Position numbers and translations under genes: made by a program
Shown here: positions 50,640 to 61,601 of the stretch, in pieces
How positions within the stretch are numbered: the first letter of the stretch is position 1
Layout of the letters: each line of letters begins with the position of its first letter
Notes under the pieces: generated by a model
Databases searched by the model: none
What the model was told of the DNA's origin: nothing
Seen by the model: only the letters and a program-made list of their open reading frames with translations
NCBI GenBank assembly: GCA_964016885.1
Contig: OZ024740.1
Span: 15,686,001 to 15,750,000 of the forward strand
Direction of reading: 5' to 3'
Length of the DNA: 64,000 nucleotides
Origin: Eledone cirrhosa
Lineage: Eukaryota

Positions 50640-52625
50640 GGCTGCATAAGGCGCAAGTCACCCGGTTTGGATGGCCTGCCCTACGAGCTTTACGTAAATA
50701 TGCCAGACTTGTTCTCCGAACTCCTCGAAGCACTTTACTACAACTGGCAGCAGAATGGGAGTATTCCCAGTTCTGTGAGCAGGGGAGTGGTGACGCTGAT
50801 AAGGAAAGACGAGAACAAGAGGGATACATTAGACAACTTCAGGCCCATAACTCTGCTCAACACAGAGTTTAAGATTTTGGCCAAGGTGTTAGCAAAGAGA
50901 TTGGCGCTTGTCGTCGAGGATTTGGTTGGGGAGGCGCAAACTTGCGCAATCCCAGCCAGGTCCATACACGACAATCTCCACCTCATGCGATACATCATAG
51001 AGAGGGTAGGGTGTAAACCTGGCTTCGGTGGGGCACTGATCAATTTAGATCAATCGAAAGCATTCGATAGAGTCGACCATCAGTATCTGGAGTTTGTCCT
51101 TAAAGCAGCTGGCTTCGGCCCTGTCTTCAGAAGCTGGATCGCTGCAATGCACAGCGGCACACGCTCGGTGGTCAAGGTTAATGGCCACCTCTCGGAACCA
51201 TTTCGGCTCTCCCGATCGGTCTATCAAGGGTGCCCTCGCTCTTCCCTTCTGTACGTATTGACTCTCGAGCCTTTACTGCGGAAGCTGGAGCTGTTGCAGG
51301 GCATCCCGCTCGAACCGGGACGTGGAAAGGCGGTGTCAGCTTATGCGGACGACATCACCGTGATGGTGTCGAACACCTCAGAAATCGAGGTGGTCGGCAC
51401 CTTGTTGAAGGAATATGAAAGGTTGACAGGAGCCAAACTTAACCCGGAAAAGTCGGTGGGCTTGCAGCTCGGAACCTGGAGAGGCAAGCCCATGCCGTCC
51501 AACAGCCTCGTGGGGCGCTGGTCAGACGGGCCGATAAAGTTGCTCAGGGTTTGGTTCGGACCAGACCTCCAGGTGGAAAAGAATTGGGACGAGGTAACGA
51601 GCAGAGTAGCCAGTCTCACCCAAAAATGGGCTGGGAGGAAGCTATCACTGAAAGGTCGCGCGGAGGTGGCGAATGCGTACATCGCGTGCGTCATCTACTA
51701 CCGCCTGACCGTCGTGCCTTTCCCCCGTCCGCGCCTCGTCAAGTTGGAACGGCTCCTCTTCAAATTCTTGTGGAGAGGACAAGTTCCGTTGGTGAGGCGG
51801 TCCATCTACTGCCAGCACCCTCTACGCGGAGGGCTGGGCATGCCCTGGCTAATGATGCGCAGACATGAGTTGAGGCTGCGACATCTCCAGATATTCTGCC
51901 TCAACGGTGAACAGGTGTAGTCGCCGTTTATCAGACGGGCCTTTTCGCAGCTCATTTCTTTGACTGAGCTGCAGTCCTGGGTCAAGAAGAGACCGAGACT
52001 GGGTGACTGGCACCTGGAATGTTGCCAGGCACTCACTGCCCTCTACCAAGTGGGCAATGCGATCAGTGGAACTTCCACTCTCGAGTTCTATAGAGGATTA
52101 GTGGTGGGCAAGTGCGATGACGCACTCGGAGAAGCTTTGGGCCTCGACGAAGTCGAACTGACCAGTCTGTATCGGAGGACTTTTGAGCCGGGGACGATGG
52201 ACAATTTCCAGAAATTCCTCGCTTGGCAGTGCTACCGGGGGCACTGCCGGTTCGGGATAAACTCTACAGGCACGGAAGTGCTGTCAGACGGACCTGCCCA
52301 AGATGCGCACAGAACGACTAAACCGTTCTGCGCGCACTTGTCCAATGTCCGTGCATTACTGACTTGTGGAGTTATGTCGAACAGCTACTGTCGCGTGTGG
52401 AAGGGATCTGGCTATCGGCCGAGTCCATAGTGAAGATCGATCCACCGCCTTCAGAGGTCAGGAAGAGCAGGAAATTTTCCCCTGTCTGGTGGCAGTTGCG
52501 AAAGAGGTTATATGGTGGACCAGGTTAAAAGGACTGAAGACAGACACTTTTCTCTTTGGCCAATCCCTCATCAACTTCTTCAAGTCTCACCTGGAAAGGA
52601 AGGTGAGGGTGGAGAGAGAAATGTG
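50640..52625 (+). mobile_element. Tx1-clade LINE fragment, 5'-truncated within ORF2 and 3'-clipped, decayed
   Basis: RT motifs KSPGLDGLPYE, NFRPITLLN, LDQSKAFDRV, QGCP, AYADD in ORF 50577-51920. Premature TAG at 51918-51920, later frameshifts. The protein is clearly paralogous to the element at 25461-29445. Confidence 0.92.
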
Positions 52626-52795
52626 TAGTCCAAAAAGATATAAATCTTTAAAAAAATTATAATAATTCTTTATTATTATTTTCTTTTTCTGTAAATAATT
52701 ATTTTTCTATATATCTCAAACCCTGCCAAACACCACATCTGTCCATCTGTAAATTTAAATGACTGTTCTTTCATACATATCCTCTTCAACTACAC

Positions 52796-52931
52796 ATGGA
52801 TATTTGTCTTACTGTGGAGAAGGAATTAGAAACAGTTTTATCAAAATTCACTGCTATTCGGGAACATACAAAACGAACTTTGGGTGACATACCAACTTCT
52901 GTTGATAATATAAGGAAAGAAATCAGTGAAG
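52796..52931 (+). CDS. RMND5: First coding exon of an RMND5/GID2-like CTLH-complex E3 ligase subunit; downstream exons not found in the window
   Basis: MDICLTVEKELETVLSKFTAIREHTKRTLGDIPTSVDNIRKEISE resembles the recalled RMND5A N-terminus (MDQCVTVERELEKVLHKF...). It ends at a phase-1 donor GAAG|GTATTT (intron from 52932). The rest of ORF 52796-53206 is intron/Tx1 read-through. Confidence 0.7.
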
Positions 52932-52985
52932 GTATTTATTACATTTTGATTGCATTTTTATTACAACCACTAATACTTACTATTA

Positions 52986-53465
52986 TACCGAGGGGCCCTG
53001 CCCGTTCGGGAAAGGCTCTACAGACACGGATTCCGGGACGGAAACCCCTTGGAAAAGAAATGTCCCACATGCGTTTGCAACGAGGAAACTGTGGGGATAT
53101 GTCGCCGGCCAACAAATGGTCCTCTTCTTCCGATACCACTTCGAAAGAAGGATCAAAGTGGAGAAAAGGGCACTCAGTCCCAGCCAATTCCATGAAAGAT
53201 GGGTGAAAGTAGCAATAATGGCCCGTGTAAGTGGACCATCTCTCTATATCGGCTTGTACAGGTAAGAGAAGGGAGCACCGCCCTCTCTCTGTGCTCCCTG
53301 GCAGAAAGGTCGCACACTTTCTACGGGGGGTGTGTGTGACCCAAAAAGGCTAATAAATCGCAAAAAAAACAAACAAACAAACAAACAAACAAAAAAGGGG
53401 CAAATAAAGAAATCTATGCCCCAGTGGCAAATAAATCGCAAAAAAAAAAACAATAAATAATCTAT
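52986..53465 (+). mobile_element. Short 3' Tx1 fragment with internal deletion and stacked 3' termini
   Basis: YRGALPVRERLYRHG..KCPTCVCNEETV, then jumps to QQMVLFFRYHFERRIKVE..FHERWVKVAIMARVSGPSL, matching the C-terminus of the 25-29 kb element. GGCWAATAAA occurs at ~53348, 53399 and 53426. Confidence 0.82.
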
Positions 53466-53757
53466 ATTTCTTTTAACGGCTAAAAAAAGGGGAATGTAAA
53501 TTTGTTGGAATAGCCTCATACATTGAAGTAAGCAGCAACTACAGCAAGTAAGCGGCATTTAGGCCGCTAAAATTGGATATCGCAATATATTGTTTTTAAT
53601 ATAAGGAACTGTTTCTTTGTTTTTATTCATTATTTTTATTAATTTATCTTGACTCTGTTTTCCTGTGTTTTTCATCGAAAAAAATTTCTGAATACATCTC
53701 TTTACATTGAGTTCTTCATACGGATTGGACACTACCGTAGTTTTTGGTAGATTTATC

Positions 53758-53759
<2 letters not shown>

Positions 53760-53806
<47 letters not shown>

Positions 53807-53913
53807 ATGTATGTATGTATATATATATGTGTGTATATATATGTGTGTGTGTGTATGTGTGTGTATGTATGTGTATATGTATATATGTATATATGTATAT
53901 ATGTATATATGTG

Positions 53914-53944
<31 letters not shown>

Positions 53945-53967
53945 ATGTAAGTATGTATATATATATA

Positions 53968-54020
<53 letters not shown>

Positions 54021-54242
54021 ATGTGTGTGTATGTATGTGTATATGTGTATATGTATGTGTATATGTATATATGTATGTATGTATATATGTATATATGTGT
54101 GTACTTATTGACACTTATACGTACGACATACACACACACGCATACATATGCGTGCACACAGCAACACTCACACACACAACAAACACACACACACGCTACT
54201 CTACTCACTTACACGCACACACACACATATATATATATATAT
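53760..54242. repeat. (TA)n/(TG)n/(CA)n compound microsatellite
   Basis: Direct reading. Confidence 0.92.
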
Positions 54243-54363
54243 TACCGTCATTACTGATACAAGATTACCAGATTATGTCAACTGTTGACTTTCAAGAGTT
54301 TGTATAGTTGAAGCCGATCGTATTACAGTCCAGTATTACTATAATTGCTTTACAGCATAGAGT

Positions 54364-54395
<32 letters not shown>

Positions 54396-54397
<2 letters not shown>

Positions 54398-54698
54398 GCG
54401 GGGACATAGAAATAATCGGGCTGGATGCCCGATCGCGCAGTTAAACCACTGGGAGTGAAGAACCCCTAGCCCATGTCAGGGTATTCTTCTAGGAGAAGGC
54501 ATCTCAGGAAACTGGGTTAACTCCGATATAAAACCTGCGGCTCAGTAGTTACCGATGATGTTGATCTTTTCTTCTTTTCGGGTTATAGCTACTGTCGCTC
54601 AGAGAGTGGGATTGGTTCAGTGCACAGTCTTTCCTCACTTTAAAAATATTCGTCACGCACAGGCATTGCACGAGTGCATTAATAATTATTAATAGTGT

Positions 54699-54733
<35 letters not shown>

Positions 54734-57700
54734 TATTATTACTTTTTTTTTTTTTTTTTTTTTTTTTTCCAATTCAATGATGTTCCAGAACAATGTAAAC
54801 GAGATAATTGCCAATTTGGGTTCTGGAACAAAAGAGATCATTGGCAATAAGGGCAGGGGCCCCAAGTTATCACAACCTGGGCCCGCCCGTCATCGTGCCA
54901 TTGTAATAGAGCCAAACAGGGCATTTAGTCTTGGCTGCTGGAACGTACGGACGCTGCTTGACAGGGATTCTTTGGAGCGTCCTGAACGAAGGACCGCTCT
55001 TGTTGCGAAGGAGCTTCGACGTTACGATCTTGACATCGTGGCTTTGTCTGAGACGAGGTTAGCTGGAGATGGTCATCTTACGGAATTTTGTGGAGAATAT
55101 ACATTCTTCTGGAAAGGAAGAGATGAAGGAACCAGAAGAGAGGCTGGGGTAGGATTTGCTGTTAAGACTGTACTGGTGAATAAATTGGAAGAATTCCCAG
55201 TGGGGATTAGTGAGCGTCTTATGTCCATGAGAGTTCCGCTGGACAAGGGAAGATATGCTACCCTGGTGAGTGTGTATGCTCCAACTATGAATTCTGTCGA
55301 TGAAGAAAAACTGTCCTTTTACCATGCCTTGAAAGGTGTTTTAAGAAATATCCCTCAGGCAGACAAAGTCATCGTGCTTGGTGACTTTAATGCTAGAGTG
55401 GGTAGGGATTTTAACACATGGAATGTAATCGGAAGGCATGGGGTGGGAAAGTGTAACAGCAATGGTATGCTCTTGCTGCAGATGTGTGAGGAGCTGGATC
55501 TGTGTGTTACCAACACCATGTTCCAACAAAAGAACAAATTCAAGACCACATGGATGCATCCTGCATCTAAGGAATGGCATCTTTTGGACTACGTCCTAGT
55601 CAGGATGCGTGACAGACAGGATGTGCGGTGTGTTCGTGTTCTTCGTGGAGCTGAGTGCTGGACGGACCACCGCCTGGTGCGCGCAAAAGTGAATCTAATC
55701 ACCAAACGTAAAATCCGGGCTCCTGGTGTTACCCTGCCCAAAAGATTGAATGCTGCTCGTCTTAAGGATAAAAATGTGAAGAGGACATTGGAAGAAGAGA
55801 TGCAGGCTGCAGATCTTGGTGAGGATTGGCCGACCCTTAAAAAGTCGGTTTATGATGTAGGCAGACGTGTTCTGGGATTGGTGCAGAGAAAACATCAGGA
55901 CTGGTTTAATGAGAAAGATGTGCATATAGATGACTTGTTGGCTGATAAGAGGCGCGCTCTGTCACGCTACTTGACGGCAAGACCACAGGAGAGGAATACG
56001 TTGCATGAGGAGCTCAGGGATGTAAAATCACGTGTTAGGCGGAGTCTTTCTCAGATGAAGGATCAGTGGTGGAGTGAGAAGGCTGGTGAGATACAAACTG
56101 CGTCTGATTGCAATAACACAAAGCTGTTGTACAGTCTCTTGCGTGAGGTTTATGGACCGTCTTCTTCTCTGGTGACACCGATTCGCAGCAGGGATGGCAA
56201 AGAACTTCTTCGTGACTCACAGGGAATTCTACGAAGGTGGCGGGAGCACTTTGATGATCTTTTGAATCAGCCGTCTGTCGTCAGTGAAGATTTCCTCAAT
56301 CTCATTCCGGAAAGTCCTGTGAAAGTAGCTCTCGCAGAGCCTCCGACACTTGTGGAGGTTGCAGTGGCTATTTCGAGGCTGAACAGTGGAAGATCTCCAG
56401 GTATGGATGGCATACATGCTGAGCTCCTACAATATGGTGGTGAGAGACTCCTGCAACATCTTCACTCTCTGTTTGGAAGGATATGGGCTAATGAATCCGT
56501 GCCTGAGGACTGGAGAGATGCAGTAATGGTGGTCTTGTACAAGGGAAAGGGTAACAGGAATGATTGTGGGAACTACAGAGGTATATCATTGCTTTCTGTC
56601 GTGGGGAAAGTTTTATGTAGGGTGCTTCTGGACCGTCTGCTGACACACATTGCAGATTGTGTCCTTCCTGAAAGTCAATCTGGTTTTCGTGTTGGACGCG
56701 GCACTACTGATATGATCTTCTCAGCTAGACAGCTCCAGGAGAAGTGCATTGAACAGGGCTTGGATCTGTATCAGGTTTTTGTCGATCTGACAAAGGCTTT
56801 CGATACTGTCAACAGAGATGCATTATGGAAGGTTCTCCAGAAACTTGGTTGCCCTGATAAGTTCCTTGCTTTAGTTAGGTCTTTCCATGACGACATGAAG
56901 GCTTGGGTTAATGTCGGAGGTAACATGTCGGAGCCTATCTCAGTAAAAAATGGAGTGAAACAGGGGGATATTCCAGCACCGACCCTGTTTGCCATATACT
57001 TTGCAATGGTTTTCTGTGTTGCATTCAGGAATTGCGAGCATGGTGTTTACATCCGATATCGAACCTCAGGCAGCATATTTAACATCAGGCGCTTTGCTGC
57101 GAAGACAAAAGTATTTACATCAGTCATAAGAGACCTCTTGTATGCAGATGATTGCGATCTTGTAGCGCACACAGAGAGTGATATGCAGCACATTTTGAAT
57201 GTATTTTCTGACGCTTGCACTGCCCTGGGTTTGACTGTCAGTCTCAAGAAAACCGTCGTCATGTACCAACCTGCACCTGGTAGGCAGTACACTGAACCAA
57301 ACATCTATGTGTATGGCAAGCGACTTGGAGTGGTTGATCAGTTTGTCTACCTGGGAAGCACTGTCAATCGATACGGCAACCTTGACAGTGAAATCTCACT
57401 TAGGATTAGGAAAGCAAGTGATGCTTTCGGAAAGCTAGAAAGGCGACTCTGGGGTCGGCGAGACATATGCAGGAGGACAAAGGTAAAGGTGTACAGGGCA
57501 TGTGTACTCTCTTGTCTTCTTTATGCCTGCGAGACCTGGGTCACATATCGACGCCACCTTGAGCAATTGGAGCGTTTCCATCAGATGTGTCTCAGACGGA
57601 TACATGGCGTTCACTGGAGGGACCACATCAGTGATGTCGAGATTTTGGAAAGCTCTATGTGTGACAGTATAGAAGCTCTTGTGCTTAAGCAGCGACTCCG

Positions 57701-58330
57701 TTGGAGTGGTCACCTTGCCAGGATGAAGGATTCTAGAATACCAAAACAACTCTTCTATGGAGAGTTGGTTAAAGGAAAACGACCGCCACATAAACCAAAA
57801 AAGAGGTATAAGGATTCCTTGAAGGCCTCTCTGAAAGACGCTAACATCTCTGCTGATACATGGGAAAATATTGCTGCTGATCGTAATAAATGGAGAAAGA
57901 CTGTATATGAGGGAAAAGTTGCCTTTGAGGCATCTCGAATCGCACACGAGAAAGTAAAGCGGGACGTGAGGAAGGGTATTGCTGTTGCACTTCCAGACGG
58001 CGAGGGTCCTCCTATGTTTCTGACATGCAGCGTCTGTGCGAGACTCTGCCTAAGCAAAGCTGGACTCGAAAGTCATCTTCGCAGTCATAAAGTAAGACCA
58101 GTGGTTGACTACCAGGCTGCTGTTGGAGATGCTACTCATCATGCTTGCCAAACATGTGGTAGAGAATGTAAATCAGCAGGAGGACTCAAGCGACATGCAA
58201 AAGTACACGAACTCCAACCACAGCCGACTATTCCCAGTAAATGTTTTGGTTGCCGACTCTGTGCAAGACATTTTGGATCATTGGCTGGGCTAAAAAGCCA
58301 CATTCGATCGCAGCACTGTTAGTTGCTATC

Positions 58331-58368
<38 letters not shown>

Positions 58369-58447
58369 GCTTATGTGCGTGCGTGTGTGTGTATATATAT
58401 ATGAATATGTATATTATTATTGTTGTTGTCGTTATTATTATTATTGC

Positions 58448-58487
<40 letters not shown>

Positions 58488-58603
58488 TTTTTTTTTTTTA
58501 TTTTTTTTTATTTTTATTTTTTTTTTTTTATTTATTTTTTTTTTTTTTTTTATTTTTTTTATTGTGCAATGGCCATACTCGATAACGAGGGGGCAGCCAT
58601 CAT
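54396..58603 (+). mobile_element. Apparently full-length RTE-clade LINE retrotransposon
   Basis: ~380-nt 5'UTR after a poly-T tract, a single long ORF, and a short 3'UTR ending GGCCATACTCGATAACGAGGGGGCAGCCATCAT before a TA/TG tail. No clear TSD seen. Confidence 0.88.
54777..58322 (+). CDS. RTE ORF: AP endonuclease + reverse transcriptase + three C2H2 zinc fingers (1181 aa, uninterrupted)
   Basis: APE motifs WNVRTL, ALSETR, VYAPT, LGDFNARVG, LLDY, TDH. RT motifs SPGMDGI, NYRGISLL, QSGFR, FVDLTKAFD, GVKQG, LLYADD, YLGS. RTE-type LYACETW and LRWSGHLARM. Fingers CSVC..H..H, CQTC..H..H, CRLC..H..H. Confidence 0.96.
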   Translation: MMFQNNVNEIIANLGSGTKEIIGNKGRGPKLSQPGPARHRAIVIEPNRAFSLGCWNVRTLLDRDSLERPERRTALVAKELRRYDLDIVALSETRLAGDGHLTEFCGEYTFFWKGRDEGTRREAGVGFAVKTVLVNKLEEFPVGISERLMSMRVPLDKGRYATLVSVYAPTMNSVDEEKLSFYHALKGVLRNIPQADKVIVLGDFNARVGRDFNTWNVIGRHGVGKCNSNGMLLLQMCEELDLCVTNTMFQQKNKFKTTWMHPASKEWHLLDYVLVRMRDRQDVRCVRVLRGAECWTDHRLVRAKVNLITKRKIRAPGVTLPKRLNAARLKDKNVKRTLEEEMQAADLGEDWPTLKKSVYDVGRRVLGLVQRKHQDWFNEKDVHIDDLLADKRRALSRYLTARPQERNTLHEELRDVKSRVRRSLSQMKDQWWSEKAGEIQTASDCNNTKLLYSLLREVYGPSSSLVTPIRSRDGKELLRDSQGILRRWREHFDDLLNQPSVVSEDFLNLIPESPVKVALAEPPTLVEVAVAISRLNSGRSPGMDGIHAELLQYGGERLLQHLHSLFGRIWANESVPEDWRDAVMVVLYKGKGNRNDCGNYRGISLLSVVGKVLCRVLLDRLLTHIADCVLPESQSGFRVGRGTTDMIFSARQLQEKCIEQGLDLYQVFVDLTKAFDTVNRDALWKVLQKLGCPDKFLALVRSFHDDMKAWVNVGGNMSEPISVKNGVKQGDIPAPTLFAIYFAMVFCVAFRNCEHGVYIRYRTSGSIFNIRRFAAKTKVFTSVIRDLLYADDCDLVAHTESDMQHILNVFSDACTALGLTVSLKKTVVMYQPAPGRQYTEPNIYVYGKRLGVVDQFVYLGSTVNRYGNLDSEISLRIRKASDAFGKLERRLWGRRDICRRTKVKVYRACVLSCLLYACETWVTYRRHLEQLERFHQMCLRRIHGVHWRDHISDVEILESSMCDSIEALVLKQRLRWSGHLARMKDSRIPKQLFYGELVKGKRPPHKPKKRYKDSLKASLKDANISADTWENIAADRNKWRKTVYEGKVAFEASRIAHEKVKRDVRKGIAVALPDGEGPPMFLTCSVCARLCLSKAGLESHLRSHKVRPVVDYQAAVGDATHHACQTCGRECKSAGGLKRHAKVHELQPQPTIPSKCFGCRLCARHFGSLAGLKSHIRSQHC

Positions 58604-58734
58604 ATATGTGTGTATATGTATATATGTATATATGTGTGTATATTAAAGCCAGAATAACATTGATTATATTTTCAAATCCTATTTGTTCATTGTTTCTTAC
58701 ATGACATTTTATAGTCGATAATTAAATTTTAATT

Positions 58735-59522
58735 GTCATCACCACCACCATCGCCATCATCACCACCATTGCCATCATCACCACCACCATCGTCACCATT
58801 GCCATCAACATCAACATCATCACCATCATCATCAATATCATCAACATTAACATTACCATCATCACCATCACCATCACCACCACCATCACCATCACCATTA
58901 ACATCACCATCACCATCACCACCACCATCACCATCACCATCACCACCATCACCACCATCACCATCATTGCCATCAACATCACTATCATCACCATCACCAC
59001 CACCATACCATCACCAAACTATCACCATACCACCACCATACCACCACCATACCACCACCATACCACCAGCATACCATCACCATACTATCACCATACCACC
59101 ACCATACCACCACCATAGTATCACCATACCACCACCATACCACCACCATACCACCACCATACTATCACCATACCACCACCATACCACCACCATACTATCA
59201 CCATACCACCACCATACCACCACCATACCACCACCATACTATCACCATACCACCACCATACCACCACCATACCACCACCATACCACCACCATACTATCAC
59301 CATACCACCACCATACTATCACCATACCACCACCATACCACCACCATACCACCACCATACCACTACCATACCACCACCATACCACCACCATACCACCACC
59401 ATACCATCACCATACCACCACCATACTATCACTATACCACCATCATACAATCACTATACCACCACCATACCACCATCATACCACCACCATACCACCACCA
59501 TACTATCACCATACCACCACCA
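58735..59522. repeat. (CAT/CAC)n trinucleotide tract grading into an 11-bp (CCATACCACCA)n repeat
   Basis: Direct reading. The Pro/His-rich ORF is a repeat translation. Confidence 0.92.
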
Positions 59523-59574
59523 TGAGATGATCATAAAGAGATGTATAAAAATAGAGGTGGTGAGAGAATAAGAG

Positions 59575-59922
59575 AGAGATAGAGGAGAAAGATATAGTGA
59601 GTAAGTGAAAGAGAGAGAGAGAATAAGAGGGGGAGAGAGAGAGGCGGGGAAAGGCATATAGAGTGAGAAAGATATAGTGAGAGAAATGAGGAGAGAGAGA
59701 GAGATATATATATAGGAGAAAGATATAGTGAGTAAGTGTGAGAGAGTGAGAGAGAGTGAGAGGGGCGTGGAGAGACATATAGGAGAAAGATATAGTGAGT
59801 AAGTGTGAGAGAGGGGGAGAGGGGAGAGACATATAGGAGAAAGATATAGTGAGTAAGTGTAAGAGAGGGGGAGAGGGGGAGAGACATATAGGAGAAAGAT
59901 ATAGTGAGTAAGTGTGAGAGAC
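59575..59922. repeat. GA-rich ~55-bp imperfect minisatellite (ATAGGAGAAAGATATAGTGAGTAAGTGTGAGAG...)
   Basis: The core GAGAAAGATATAGTGAG recurs ~6 times. Confidence 0.85.
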
Positions 59923-60777
59923 ACTTGAAAATGGGAGAAAATAGTAAATAAATGGAAAATTATAATACATATTGGAAATATAAAACAAGATCAAATATAA
60001 AGTTAAAGTAAAATTTACATAAAATAAACTGTTAAACTGATAATAATAGTAATATTAATAATAATAGATGATGGTTTCTTTATTCATTATTTAAGAAGAA
60101 TGGTGATGATTTTATTCATTATGTATACATGTGTATATATATGTGTGTGTGTATATATATATATATGTGTGTATATACATGTGTATATATATATATGTAT
60201 AGATATATATGGAATAGAATGAAACTAAATTTCATTTCTCACTCTTAGTACGGCAGTTACTTAAATGTAAGTATGTATGTATGTATACGTACATACATAT
60301 ATGTATACAGACGTACAGTAGTATATATATATATATACATACATGCACACATATATATATGCACGTATCGGTTTACCGAACATTTATTATAATGCTCGGT
60401 TTGTTTGTAAACAAACAAACAGCCCGAATTACGCCGTACAGTGTTTAGGCATTCACGTCACCTGGAACGATGTACTAGTTTCAAGCTTATTAGCTATCGT
60501 CAGCATCGTATACCTTCCTGCCAGATAGTTGAACGTCTGAAAGTATATACTTTCCTTATGCATATTAACGGCTGAGCAGCCTAATTTGCATATCGAGTAA
60601 GTTTAGTCGGCCGGGCGCACCGAAAACGATAAATGGAATAGAATGAAATGTATATATATATATGTATGTATGTATATTTCTTTATACATTTATATATTAT
60701 ATATTTATATATATATATATACATTTGTATATATTATATATATATAAACATTTATATATTATTTATTTATATATATT

Positions 60778-60807
<30 letters not shown>

Positions 60808-60809
<2 letters not shown>

Positions 60810-61208
60810 CGTTGAGATGCGTGGCGTGTATAAGACGTGTAGAGGAATGAAGGAAAGAGCGTAAAGGATAAAAATAAAAATAACAACACGAGAGAGAGTT
60901 ACCTTGGGAGAGATTTAATTGTCCCTATATATAGGGACAATTAAATATATAGGGACAATTAAATCTTTCCCAAGGTAACTCTCTCTCGTGTTGTTATTTT
61001 TATTTTTATCCTTTACGCTCTTTCCTTCATTCCTCTACACGTCTTATACACACCACGCATCTCAACGTACACCCACTTACATCTCTCACTCCACCACCGG
61101 ATCTTGTTACCCGGAGATTTACCCATTTGCATTGTCGAGGCTTCCAAACGACTTAAAGAAATTTACCTTATTATTCCACAATGCTTCAAGCAAATTTCAA
61201 TACTCTCA
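60808..61208. mobile_element. Fold-back element in (TA)n: 118-bp inverted arms plus a unique right tail (possibly Penelope-like derived)
   Basis: 60808-60925 is the reverse complement of 60952-61069 with 2 mismatches. Flanked by (TA)n on both sides. Confidence 0.6.
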
Positions 61209-61223
61209 TATATATATATATAT

Positions 61224-61416
61224 ATAGGAACCAGTAAGACCCCGACAGCTGAGCTCAAGCCGTTTCGACGGCTAATTCTGGACTAAGAATTAGCCGTCGA
61301 AACGGCTTGAGCTCAGCTGTCGGGGTCTTACTGGTTCCTATTACCCACTCTACTACCTCAAGTATTGAGTACTTTGGTGCGTTATGGTCCACCTGGTTCC
61401 TTACCACATTTCCTTC

Positions 61417-61418
<2 letters not shown>
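61224..61418. mobile_element. Second fold-back element in (TA)n: perfect 56-bp hairpin plus a unique right tail
   Basis: 61224-61279 is the exact reverse complement of 61286-61341, loop GGACTA. Flanked by (TA)n. Confidence 0.6.
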
Positions 61419-61481
<63 letters not shown>

Positions 61482-61601
61482 AAATTAAGATAAATTAAAT
61501 GAATTTAATCTAAATCAAAATTATGTGTCATGCCATAACGGCATGCGCCATATCGCCCGGAAAATAAGCTCAAAGATTCTATCGAGTTGGTCCGAGCATT
61601 T

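Noticed and set aside
52932-53206. 136-aa ORF 52796-53206 as a complete protein or RMND5-Tx1 fusion
   Set aside because: RMND5 similarity ends at the GT donor. The remainder is intron and off-frame Tx1 sequence.
58733-59530. Extensin-like Pro/His/Tyr ORF (PPPYHHHTTTI)n
   Set aside because: It is produced by CAT/CAC and 11-bp tandem repeats cycling through frames, with no other coding evidence.
60560-60650. Octamer ATTTGCAT near a GC-rich patch as a possible snRNA gene enhancer
   Set aside because: No snRNA sequence was recognised nearby, and a single 8-mer is expected by chance in AT-rich DNA.
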